Of a stretch of DNA of 64,000 bases, positions 1 through 7,483 are shown one piece after another. Below the pieces are notes generated by a model, which did not search any database, was not told the DNA's origin, and saw nothing but the letters and a program-made list of their open reading frames with translations. The stretch covers positions 137,766 through 201,765 of the forward strand of contig JAGCDJ010000006.1 in the NCBI GenBank assembly GCA_017651185.1, read 5' to 3'. This stretch comes from Bacteroidales bacterium. GTDB lineage: Bacteria > Bacteroidota > Bacteroidia > Bacteroidales > ML635J-15. The translations under genes and the position numbers were made by a program. Positions within the stretch are counted from its first letter, which is position 1, and each line of letters begins with the position of its first letter.

Positions 1-2244
1 CTGACAATTCCATCCACCGTAAAAAGTTTGTTTAAATCATATACCGTGGTTGGATTTGCGATGGCATACTATAAAAAAGGCACTAAGATTATTGGAACTG
101 GTTGGAAAGATGATAGACGAATGAAAGAAGGTGGATACTATGCGGGTACAACGACTGTTGAAAATACGAATCTTATAAAACCATTTCAATTTATTGCGGA
201 TAAATTGAAGGCAGTACATTTCCCCGATACTTGGAGAGATGAAGTTATTCCATCTATTAAAAAGATGGCACATATGAGAAATTTGGAAAAAGTTACGATT
301 CCCGTTTCGTGGACGAAAATCGAAAAAGAAGCATTTAAAGATTTATACCTGACTGAAATCAATATACCAGATAAGGTAACAGAAATCGGAGAAAGTGCAT
401 TTTCCTTTTGCAATAGACTGACTACAGTTAACTTCAATGCAACAAACTGCACGACTATGGGAAGTAATAATTCTCCTGTTTTTAAGGGGTGCTTTGCTTT
501 GAAAACTTTGACTATTGGCGAAAATGTAACAAATATTCCTAATGCTGCATTTTATGATTGCAACCGCCTGACATCGGTAACAATTCCAAATTCTGTAACA
601 AGCATGGGGACTCATGCATTTTCTGGTTGTAGTGGACTGACAGCAGTATATTATACAGGTAGTATTGCACAATGGTGCAGTATATCATTCGGTATCGACG
701 GTAACCCTCTTACTTGTGCACACAATTTATATATTGATAATAATCTTGTGACAAATTTAGTTATTCCAGAAACCTTAACGGAGATAAAACCTTGCTCGTT
801 TCAGGGCGCAACTTGTTTGCGTTCAGTTAATATACCCAATTCTGTAACGCACATTGGCTATTATGCATTTTACGATTGCAGTGGTTTGACGGAAATAACA
901 ATCCCAAATTCCGTAACGAGAATTGGTGATGAAGCATTTTATGGTTGCAGCAGACTGACATCAGTTATAATCGGTAATTCGGTTACGGGCATTGGAGAGT
1001 ACGCATTTGGTTATTGCAGCGGACTTACCTCTGTTTCAATTCCCAATTCGGTTACGAGCATTGGCAAAGGTGCATTTTGGTATTGCAGCGGACTGACATC
1101 GGTTACAATCCCAGAATCTGTCACGAGCATTGTCAGGGATGCATTTTATAATACGAGATGGTATAATAATCAATCAAACGGCATTCTTTATTTGAGCAAC
1201 TGGTGTTTAGGCTACAAGGGCAACACGCCCACAGGTGAATTAACAATAAATGAAGGCACAAGAGGAATTGCTAATTATGCTTTTGGTTGTTGTTTCGACC
1301 TGACATCGGTAACAATCCCAGATTCTGTAACGATAATTGGAAGTGAGGCATTTCGGAGTTGTGGTCTGACATCGGTAACAATTCCATCTTCAGTCACGAA
1401 GATAGATGAGGATGCTTTTTCTGATTGTCATAATCTCAAGACTGTCAATGTTATAGGTGATGAAGAATCTGAACTGATAAGAAAAGCCTTTCCTTCAGGG
1501 GTGAAAATCAACTATCTTGGGAAAAAACTTGCAAAGAAAACAGAAAATCCAGTTGCAAAACAAGAAGCCAAGCCTGCCGATTCAGATACAACACAGGCAA
1601 AAGAAATGCCCAAAGAAGAAACTCCCAAAGCAGAATCCAAGCCCACCGAGACTGAAACCAAAGTCGAAAAACCAAAACCTGCTGCAAAACCCGCAACAAG
1701 CGACAAGGACGGACTGACCGTAGGTTTTCTTGCCCAAGCATTCAAGAGCCAGTTTGGTGCAGTTTTGCGCATCTACAATGGCCGTTCAAAAGCCGACGAC
1801 GGAATGTCGCTGCAGGAGGTAGGTCTCAAGCAGGAAATAAACACTACATTCGATGGCAAACAGACCGTAGGTGCATTCGTCGAGCAGATGGCTAATGCAG
1901 GACTGAAAGTGAAGGTTTACACCTGCGACGAGTGGGTGGCTGTACTCGACGGACTTACACTCGAACAGGCAGGCAAGGTAAAGAAGAGCGCAACAAAAGC
2001 CGATATGGAAAGTATGATTGCGTCCCCGCAGACAGATAACTACAAGAAATCTGCTACCTGTGGCGATTATTTTATTGGTATTCAATCTAATAATAGTGTT
2101 GTAGTTTCCAAAGGCGGAGAACCTTGCTCCAATGCCAAAGCGACTTTGCGCGAGGTAGCGGCATCAAAGAAATTCTCTGTTGACGACAAATGGACTACCC
2201 AGCAACTAGGTTCCAAACTTGTGGATTTTATCAATGGCAAATAA
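1..2244 (+). CDS. BspA-type leucine-rich-repeat (LRR_5-like) protein, 5' end cut by the window edge. It has a Lys/Pro/Thr/Glu-rich linker and a C-terminal pair of the ~50-aa module shared with the next three genes.
   Basis: Frame 1 is open from nt 1, and 'LTIPSTVKS' is itself an LRR unit, so the TTG at 28 in the ORF track is not the true start. There are many units of 'LTSVTIPNSVTxIGxxAFxxCSxL'. The linker reads 'AKQEAKPADSDTTQAKEMPKEETPKAESKPTETETKVEKPKPAAKP'. The C-terminus aligns with ORF 2278..2625. Confidence 0.85.
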   Translation: MTIPSTVKSLFKSYTVVGFAMAYYKKGTKIIGTGWKDDRRMKEGGYYAGTTTVENTNLIKPFQFIADKLKAVHFPDTWRDEVIPSIKKMAHMRNLEKVTIPVSWTKIEKEAFKDLYLTEINIPDKVTEIGESAFSFCNRLTTVNFNATNCTTMGSNNSPVFKGCFALKTLTIGENVTNIPNAAFYDCNRLTSVTIPNSVTSMGTHAFSGCSGLTAVYYTGSIAQWCSISFGIDGNPLTCAHNLYIDNNLVTNLVIPETLTEIKPCSFQGATCLRSVNIPNSVTHIGYYAFYDCSGLTEITIPNSVTRIGDEAFYGCSRLTSVIIGNSVTGIGEYAFGYCSGLTSVSIPNSVTSIGKGAFWYCSGLTSVTIPESVTSIVRDAFYNTRWYNNQSNGILYLSNWCLGYKGNTPTGELTINEGTRGIANYAFGCCFDLTSVTIPDSVTIIGSEAFRSCGLTSVTIPSSVTKIDEDAFSDCHNLKTVNVIGDEESELIRKAFPSGVKINYLGKKLAKKTENPVAKQEAKPADSDTTQAKEMPKEETPKAESKPTETETKVEKPKPAAKPATSDKDGLTVGFLAQAFKSQFGAVLRIYNGRSKADDGMSLQEVGLKQEINTTFDGKQTVGAFVEQMANAGLKVKVYTCDEWVAVLDGLTLEQAGKVKKSATKADMESMIASPQTDNYKKSATCGDYFIGIQSNNSVVVSKGGEPCSNAKATLREVAASKKFSVDDKWTTQQLGSKLVDFINGK

Positions 2245-2277
2245 CAGTTTTTTATTAATAATTTAAATATTTTAAAC

Positions 2278-2625
2278 ATGGAAATTAAAGTAGATGGACG
2301 CCTTTTGGTGTCAACCCTTTGCAGCAATTTCAAGAAGGAATTTGGCGGCACACTTCGCGTGTACCAGGGACAGAAGCGTTTAACAGGTTCGGAAAAGGTT
2401 AGCGAAATCGCTACCAAGACCGGCAGTTATGAATGCCGCGGCAGCAAGACCGTTGGTGGTTTCGAGAAGGACATGATGGCTAACTTTGGACTTAAGGTTC
2501 AGGTTGCTTCTGGAGACGACTTTGTACTTGCTCTCGACGAGATGACTCTCGCTAAGTTGCCCGAAATTCCAAAGAATGCCAAGAAAGCCGATATGGATGC
2601 TCTCAAGGCTAAGTATGCAAAATAA
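2278..2625 (+). CDS. Small protein (115 aa) made of two copies of the unassigned ~50-aa module; free-standing paralogue of the LRR C-terminus
   Basis: 'TLRVYQG', 'GSKTVGGFEKDMMANFGLKVQV' and 'KKADMDAL' align with 'VLRIYNG', 'GKQTVGAFVEQMANAGLKVKV' and 'TKADMESM' of ORF 1..2244. No signal peptide or TM segment. Confidence 0.7.
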   Translation: MEIKVDGRLLVSTLCSNFKKEFGGTLRVYQGQKRLTGSEKVSEIATKTGSYECRGSKTVGGFEKDMMANFGLKVQVASGDDFVLALDEMTLAKLPEIPKNAKKADMDALKAKYAK

Positions 2626-2640
2626 TTAGGGTAAAAACAA

Positions 2641-2674
2641 ATACGGCAGGTAATTGTTGCCTGCCGTATTTTTA
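2641..2674 (+). terminator. Rho-independent terminator after the 115-aa gene
   Basis: Perfect 10-bp stem ATACGGCAGG (2641-2650) / CCTGCCGTAT (2660-2669), followed by a T-run. Confidence 0.65.
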
Positions 2675-2716
2675 ACGAACAGTAGAAAAGTGCAAAAACA
2701 ATAAAACTAATAAATT

Positions 2717-3319
2717 ATGGTAGCGACAAAAAAAACAGCAGCAAAAACTGCGACAAAGAAAACTACAACCACCAAACCGGTAGCAAAGAAGACAACAACG
2801 ACTAAACCTGCCGCAAAAAAGACAACAACAGCAAAGCCGGCCGCAAAGAAAACAACCGTAGCGAAAACTACAACAACGAAAACCACGACAAAACCTGCAG
2901 CAAAGAAAGTTGCTCCAGCAAAGACCGCAGTTGAAATTTCGGTAAATGGCAATAAGAAGATCGGAACACTGATGAAGGAGTTCAACAAGCAGTTCCCATA
3001 CATCCGTCTGGGCATTTTCTACAGTTACGCTCGTCAGGAAGTGGCAAAGGGCGGCACAATATACAACATCGACGCCGACAAGACGCTTGCATCTGTACGC
3101 CGTGCCGATTCAGGAGGCGACATATCCATCAGTGGCAACAAGAAAATCAAGACTTTGGAGCAAGAATTTGACAAAGTTTTCGGTCTTTACGCTCAAGTAT
3201 GCTATACCACTAAGGACGGCCATCGCTACTACACCAGCGGTTCTACTGATGACATGACACTTTCTGCTTTTAACAAAAAGTGTGAAGCAGACGGCTGCAA
3301 GAAAGGAGAATGGAAGTAA
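2717..3319 (+). CDS. Protein with a Lys/Thr/Ala/Pro-rich histone-H1-like N-terminus and two copies of the ~50-aa module
   Basis: The N-terminus has 'KKTTTTKPVA/KKTTTTKPAA/KKTTTAKPAA' repeats. The C-terminus has 'ISVNGNKKIGTLMKEFNKQF' and 'ISISGNKKIKTLEQEFDKVFGLYAQV', matching the module consensus. Confidence 0.7.
   Translation: MVATKKTAAKTATKKTTTTKPVAKKTTTTKPAAKKTTTAKPAAKKTTVAKTTTTKTTTKPAAKKVAPAKTAVEISVNGNKKIGTLMKEFNKQFPYIRLGIFYSYARQEVAKGGTIYNIDADKTLASVRRADSGGDISISGNKKIKTLEQEFDKVFGLYAQVCYTTKDGHRYYTSGSTDDMTLSAFNKKCEADGCKKGEWK
2756..2905 (+). repeat. In-frame 30-bp (10-aa) tandem repeats encoding KKTTT(T/A)KP(V/A)A
   Basis: Three clean 30-nt units plus degenerate ones. Codon usage differs between units, so conservation is at protein level. 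Confidence 0.7.
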
Positions 3320-3349
3320 TTTAAGTATTAACAATAAAATTTAAAGGAA

Positions 3350-3712
3350 ATGGGATTATTAGACAATTTAAAGGATCATTTTAACAAGGCAGAATTTACA
3401 GTAGCACCGAACAAAAAATTGAAAACCATATCAGCCGATTTCAAGAAGACCTTCGACCTGACATTGGCATTCTATAAGGGCGCAGTATTAGCAGACCCCG
3501 AAATGACACTCGCTGCATTGAACAAGAAGACAACCAAGGATGTGAACACCAAAGCCGACGGCTTGAAAATCAAGGGTAGCACCAAGGTAAGCGAAGCAGA
3601 GAAAATGTTCGACCAGCAGTTTGGCGTAACCGTACAGGTAAAGGACAAGGCAGGAAAAGTGTGCGTTCCGAACAATATCACAATAGGGCAGGCCGCCAGA
3701 GGCGAATATTAA
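3350..3712 (+). CDS. Small protein (120 aa) with two copies of the ~50-aa module
   Basis: 'VAPNKKLKTISADFKKTFDLTLAFYKG...MTLAAL' and 'IKGSTKVSEAEKMFDQQFGVTVQVKD'. The N-terminus 'MGLLDNL' resembles that of ORF 4363. Confidence 0.7.
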   Translation: MGLLDNLKDHFNKAEFTVAPNKKLKTISADFKKTFDLTLAFYKGAVLADPEMTLAALNKKTTKDVNTKADGLKIKGSTKVSEAEKMFDQQFGVTVQVKDKAGKVCVPNNITIGQAARGEY

Positions 3713-3825
3713 TGTAGGGACGTTGCGTGCAACGTCTAAAAACATGTAATGGCAAAAATGCGTGCAACGTCTGGACAGACCGCCAGTTGCGATTATTATT
3801 GTAGCGACGTTGCGTGCAATGTCCG
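3713..3825. repeat. Cluster of REP-like palindromic elements (TGTAG[G/C]GACGTTGCGTGCAA[C/T]GTC)
   Basis: Full copies at 3713-3737 and 3800-3825, with a half copy (TGCGTGCAACGTC) around 3758-3771. The core GACGTTGC/GCAACGTC is an 8-bp inverted repeat. Confidence 0.6.
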
Positions 3826-3847
3826 AAAATAAAATTTTTAAAACGTT

Positions 3848-4090
3848 ATGAGTAATGAATATTACAGGAAGAAAATCATTGACCTTCGTGCAAGTATGCA
3901 GAAGGAAAAGGAAGCAAAAAAGCGCGACAATGAATATTATGCAAGATTGATAAAGAGTGCAACCTCGCCATCAACAAAGGCTTCGTACCGCAAGTCGAAA
4001 ATAGACCATGCAGCCAGCCACGACCGCAATATAGAATCGTTGAAACGGCAGATTGAAAGCGCAAAGGAATCGCTGAAAAGAGAGAAATAG
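3848..4090 (+). CDS. Hypothetical 80-aa highly charged, probably coiled-coil protein
   Basis: ATG-initiated ORF rich in K/E/R heptad-like sequence ('NIESLKRQIESAKESLKREK'). No recognisable family. Confidence 0.45.
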   Translation: MSNEYYRKKIIDLRASMQKEKEAKKRDNEYYARLIKSATSPSTKASYRKSKIDHAASHDRNIESLKRQIESAKESLKREK

Positions 4091-4135
4091 TAATGCAAAA
4101 AGACCGTCATTACTCGCAAGCTTCGTGAACTAAAG

Positions 4136-4321
4136 GTTCCGCAAGTCAGAACAAACACGCGATACGGAAAGGGGAGCGTTGTAATGTTCGACTGTGCGGA
4201 ACGCACAGACTCGTGAAGCAACGCGAACAATCTCCAGCGGAACTACAAATTCAACAGGAGATTCCGTATAAGCGAACTCACACGACACGTACCTTAGTCG
4301 GTTCGTTCTGCTTTACGGAAT
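4136..4321 (+). ncRNA. Candidate structured RNA or leader with two related long imperfect hairpins; function unknown
   Basis: Hairpin 1 pairs 4136-4152 with 4186-4202 (8+3+4 bp). Hairpin 2 pairs 4261-4277 with 4301-4321 (8+4+4 bp). Both have arms of the form TTCCG...GAAC / GTTCG...CGGAA. No credible ORF lies in the 272-nt gap. Confidence 0.3.
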
Positions 4322-4362
4322 GACGATAAGGATGGACACAAACATTAATTTTAATTATCAAT

Positions 4363-4875
4363 ATGGGACTTCTAAACAATATCATTCCGGGAAAAACGGA
4401 TAAAGATTCGGGGCAACCTGCACCAACCAATGCAAGGGAAGTACAGGAGAATGTAAAAGCAGAACCTAAATACGAAGGATTAAGGTCTCTTGTCCGTTCT
4501 GCGCTGATGAACGACGAAATTTCTGAAAAAACTTTGGAAACATTAAGAAAAAAAGCCGTCAGTCTTGGAATGGATGCCGATGAATTTGAGATACTTTTCA
4601 ATGGACTGGTTGCAAAAAAGAAAAAAGCAGGCAAAAAACCACTTATCGGAAAAGGCGAAGTCAGTTATGACAAATATTTTGATGGTAAAGATTTCGACAA
4701 TGATTTTGACCTTGTATTTTTAACGGAAGAGGAACGGACAGCGAAAAAAAGCAAGGCAAGCGAGGATAAGAGCAGGAAAATAGACGATGTTGTTGGAAAA
4801 GCAAAGTCAATCGGTAAAATTGGCGGCGAAGTTATAGGCAAATTTGGCGGAGAAATTTTGAATAAACTTGGTTAA
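4363..4875 (+). CDS. Hypothetical 170-aa lysine-rich soluble protein; first gene of the KAP cassette
   Basis: ATG start and N-terminal 'MGLLNNI'. Helical segment 'ISEKTLETLRKKAVSLGMDADEFEILF', with a Gly/Lys-rich tail 'GKIGGEVIGKFGGEILNKLG'. It ends 17 nt before the next gene. Confidence 0.6.
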   Translation: MGLLNNIIPGKTDKDSGQPAPTNAREVQENVKAEPKYEGLRSLVRSALMNDEISEKTLETLRKKAVSLGMDADEFEILFNGLVAKKKKAGKKPLIGKGEVSYDKYFDGKDFDNDFDLVFLTEEERTAKKSKASEDKSRKIDDVVGKAKSIGKIGGEVIGKFGGEILNKLG

Positions 4876-4892
4876 CGACAAATAATAACATT

Positions 4893-5186
4893 ATGGCATT
4901 TTTTCTTTGGATATTTCAGTTTATCAGTCCTATAGCACTAATTATTGGCGGATTGTACCTTGTAGAAGACCCGTCTCCATTGGCACTTGTATTGGGCGGA
5001 GTGGCGGCAGTAATTGGACTTATTGTAGGCATTGTTGGTTGGGGCGATACCGTGCCGCCACGCTGGTTTTGGATTAAGAGCAGTATGGATTTGGCTGGCA
5101 GCCGTTTTATGACGGCGATTGGCTATGCACTACAGTTCTTTTTCATTCCTCCCTGCATAATAGGGTTGGTCGCGTACTTTGGATAG
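4893..5186 (+). CDS. 97-aa integral membrane protein (about 3 TM segments); paralogue of 46101..46394
   Basis: Hydrophobic stretches 'FLWIFQFISPIALIIGGLYLV', 'LALVLGGVAAVIGLIVGIVGW' and 'AIGYALQFFFIPPCIIGLVAYF'. 78 of 97 residues are identical to ORF 46101..46394 by hand alignment. Confidence 0.7.
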   Translation: MAFFLWIFQFISPIALIIGGLYLVEDPSPLALVLGGVAAVIGLIVGIVGWGDTVPPRWFWIKSSMDLAGSRFMTAIGYALQFFFIPPCIIGLVAYFG

Positions 5187-5189
5187 AAG

Positions 5190-5561
5190 ATGAAACTCGA
5201 GTTTACAGAATCGGAAGCAAAAGCCATAAAGGAATTTGGCAATGCAATGATTGAAAAGACCGTTAACGAAATGTGGGCGGCAAAGTATAATCTTCTTAGT
5301 TCGGTAATGAAAAGCATTGATGTGACCGAAGATGACAAGCATAAAACAGCAAAGGGCGATTCGTTTGATGTTGCCAAATCAATGTCGGCGGATAAGAAAA
5401 AGTTTCTCTTTTCGTTGTTGAGCGTGATAAATTTTTGCGGACCCAATGCAAAAGTGTCGGAATTCCTGTTTCAATGTATGGTGGCGTTAGGTTTGCCAGA
5501 GGTCAACTACGCGGAAGCACGTGCTTTGGTGGAAGAATATGTCGGTAAATTGGAGTTTTGA
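5190..5561 (+). CDS. Hypothetical 123-aa helical protein (possibly TerB-like; unverified)
   Basis: Starts 3 nt after the stop of the membrane-protein gene. Predicted all-helical ('KKKFLFSLLSVINF...EFLFQCMVALGLPEVNYAEARALVEEY'). Confidence 0.55.
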   Translation: MKLEFTESEAKAIKEFGNAMIEKTVNEMWAAKYNLLSSVMKSIDVTEDDKHKTAKGDSFDVAKSMSADKKKFLFSLLSVINFCGPNAKVSEFLFQCMVALGLPEVNYAEARALVEEYVGKLEF

Positions 5562-5643
5562 TTGTATGGTCATATCTGCTATGTTACATAAAGTGAATTT
5601 ACAAAGGAATTGAAAAAGTAAATGATTGAAAAACAAATAATAT

Positions 5644-7404
5644 ATGAAATCAAGTATTATAGATGTGCCTCGTAAATATTCGGAGGCTGATTTGTTTGGT
5701 ATTAAAGTTTACCAAGATGCTTTAATTGATTTTGTAAACTATACGGATACACCAATAACTATTGCTTTGCAAGGCGAGTGGGGAAGCGGAAAGACTTCGC
5801 TGATGAACCAGCTTCGCTATGAGTTGTGCGACAAGGACGGTGCTCCGTATTTCCCAGTATGGATAAACACATGGCAGTTTTCGTTGATGAAGACTCCTTC
5901 GCAGGCAATAATGAGCATACTCGAAGGTTGTATAAATCAGATAGGCGCTTTGAATCCCGAACAGCACAAGTGGGATGAGAGCAAGAAGAAAATAGGTGGC
6001 ATTTTCAAGAAAATGGCTTCCGTTGGTGCAAAGGTTGCCGCTAGTACTATTGGCGTTGATGGTGATGCTGTTGATGACTTGTTTGGTGGCGAATCATCCG
6101 AAAAGTCGGACATAGTGCAACTGAAAGAGGAAATACAGAAACTTGTTGACGGCGCACTCGAGCACGACAAGTCAAGGCGAGGATTCACATTCTACATTGA
6201 TGACCTTGACCGTATCGACCCGCCAGTTGCCGTTGAAATCTTGGAACTCCTGAAGAATATTTTCGACCTCGACAAGTGTGTGTTTATCCTTGCAATCGAC
6301 TACGATGTGGTAATCAAGGGCTTGAAGTCAAAATTTGGAGAACTTACCGACAAGAATGAGCGTGAGTTCCGTGCTTTTTTCGACAAGATTATACAATTGC
6401 CGTTCTCGATGCCAGTTGCTTCGTACAATGTCGATACTTTCCTTATTGACGCAATGAGCAAGATTGAATTTTTCACGGCTGATGAACTTAAGGATAACGA
6501 ACTTGGCGAAAACCTTTCGGAAATTGCCCGTCTGTCGGTAGGCACAAATCCGCGTTCGTTGAAACGACTGTCGAACACCCTCTCGCTTATTTCCATAATC
6601 AATAGGCGTATGCAGGAAGGTGGTGAAAAGAACGAAAAACAAAGCAAGATTGTAAACTTCGCACTGGTATGTATGCAGATTGCTTATCCATACATTTACA
6701 ACCAGTTGGCAGAGGCTCCCGATTTCAAGAAATGGAACGAGGGCATTGCCGCAAAGTTGAAACTTCGCAAACTCACAGCCGACGAGCAGGAAAGTCTTGA
6801 CCAGGCCGAAGAGTTCGACGAAGATTGGGAAAAGGTTTGTTTCCGTATGTGCCAGAAGGAAACCCACCTGAGCAACAGGGCATTCCAAGTTTCACAACTG
6901 CTGAACAAGATAGCGGATATAATAGGCAATGATGCTAATTTGGGCGAGATTATTGCCGCCACCATAGAAATGTCGGCGGTGACAAACCTTAAGGCATTTG
7001 ACACACCCAAGCAGGTGTACAAATTCAACCGCGACCTTAACAATTATAAATTCAACGGAGTGGTATATACAAAGAAGGTGCAGTTGGTATATGCAGTGCT
7101 GGCTAGTTATATTGCTGATCATCCGGGCGATACATTGTCCCAGATACAGTCTGCCTTTGCTGTCAGCCGCAATATGGACTCAATATTTATGTCGCTTGCC
7201 TTACATAAAGAATGCCTAGAACACGACTACAAAAAACTAAGTTTTTTCAAGGATAATTTAAAGGATGAAGATTTGTTGCAGGCCAGCGATACAAAGTTTA
7301 CCGTCACAACCAATTGGCCGACAAGCGTAAGCGGCAAACCTGCTGTCTTTTCCAAATTTCTTGACCTCTGCAAAAAACTCGGATATAATATAAGCGCCTG
7401 TTAA
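5644..7404 (+). CDS. KAP-family P-loop NTPase (586 aa)
   Basis: Walker A 'LQGEWGSGKTSLMNQL' and the KAP-typical Walker B 'FTFYIDDLDRIDPPVAVEILE'. Downstream 'GTNPRSLKRLSN' is typical of the family. No obvious TM insert. Confidence 0.85.
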   Translation: MKSSIIDVPRKYSEADLFGIKVYQDALIDFVNYTDTPITIALQGEWGSGKTSLMNQLRYELCDKDGAPYFPVWINTWQFSLMKTPSQAIMSILEGCINQIGALNPEQHKWDESKKKIGGIFKKMASVGAKVAASTIGVDGDAVDDLFGGESSEKSDIVQLKEEIQKLVDGALEHDKSRRGFTFYIDDLDRIDPPVAVEILELLKNIFDLDKCVFILAIDYDVVIKGLKSKFGELTDKNEREFRAFFDKIIQLPFSMPVASYNVDTFLIDAMSKIEFFTADELKDNELGENLSEIARLSVGTNPRSLKRLSNTLSLISIINRRMQEGGEKNEKQSKIVNFALVCMQIAYPYIYNQLAEAPDFKKWNEGIAAKLKLRKLTADEQESLDQAEEFDEDWEKVCFRMCQKETHLSNRAFQVSQLLNKIADIIGNDANLGEIIAATIEMSAVTNLKAFDTPKQVYKFNRDLNNYKFNGVVYTKKVQLVYAVLASYIADHPGDTLSQIQSAFAVSRNMDSIFMSLALHKECLEHDYKKLSFFKDNLKDEDLLQASDTKFTVTTNWPTSVSGKPAVFSKFLDLCKKLGYNISAC

Positions 7405-7483
7405 GTTGCGGTTAGAGTCGGAATGTTTTAAAGCGTATTTTTTGTGAATTTATAAGTAATATACGATAGGATAATTGTAAATT

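Noticed and set aside
2707-3015. 102-aa minus-strand ORF ('VVVFFAAG' repeats)
   Set aside because: It is the antisense reading of the Lys/Thr-rich 30-bp repeats of ORF 2717..3319.
4091-4362. Retron msr/msd or DGR template interpretation of the structured regions at 4091-4362 and 42022-42189
   Set aside because: No reverse transcriptase gene or fragment exists anywhere in the window, and no template/variable repeat pair was seen.
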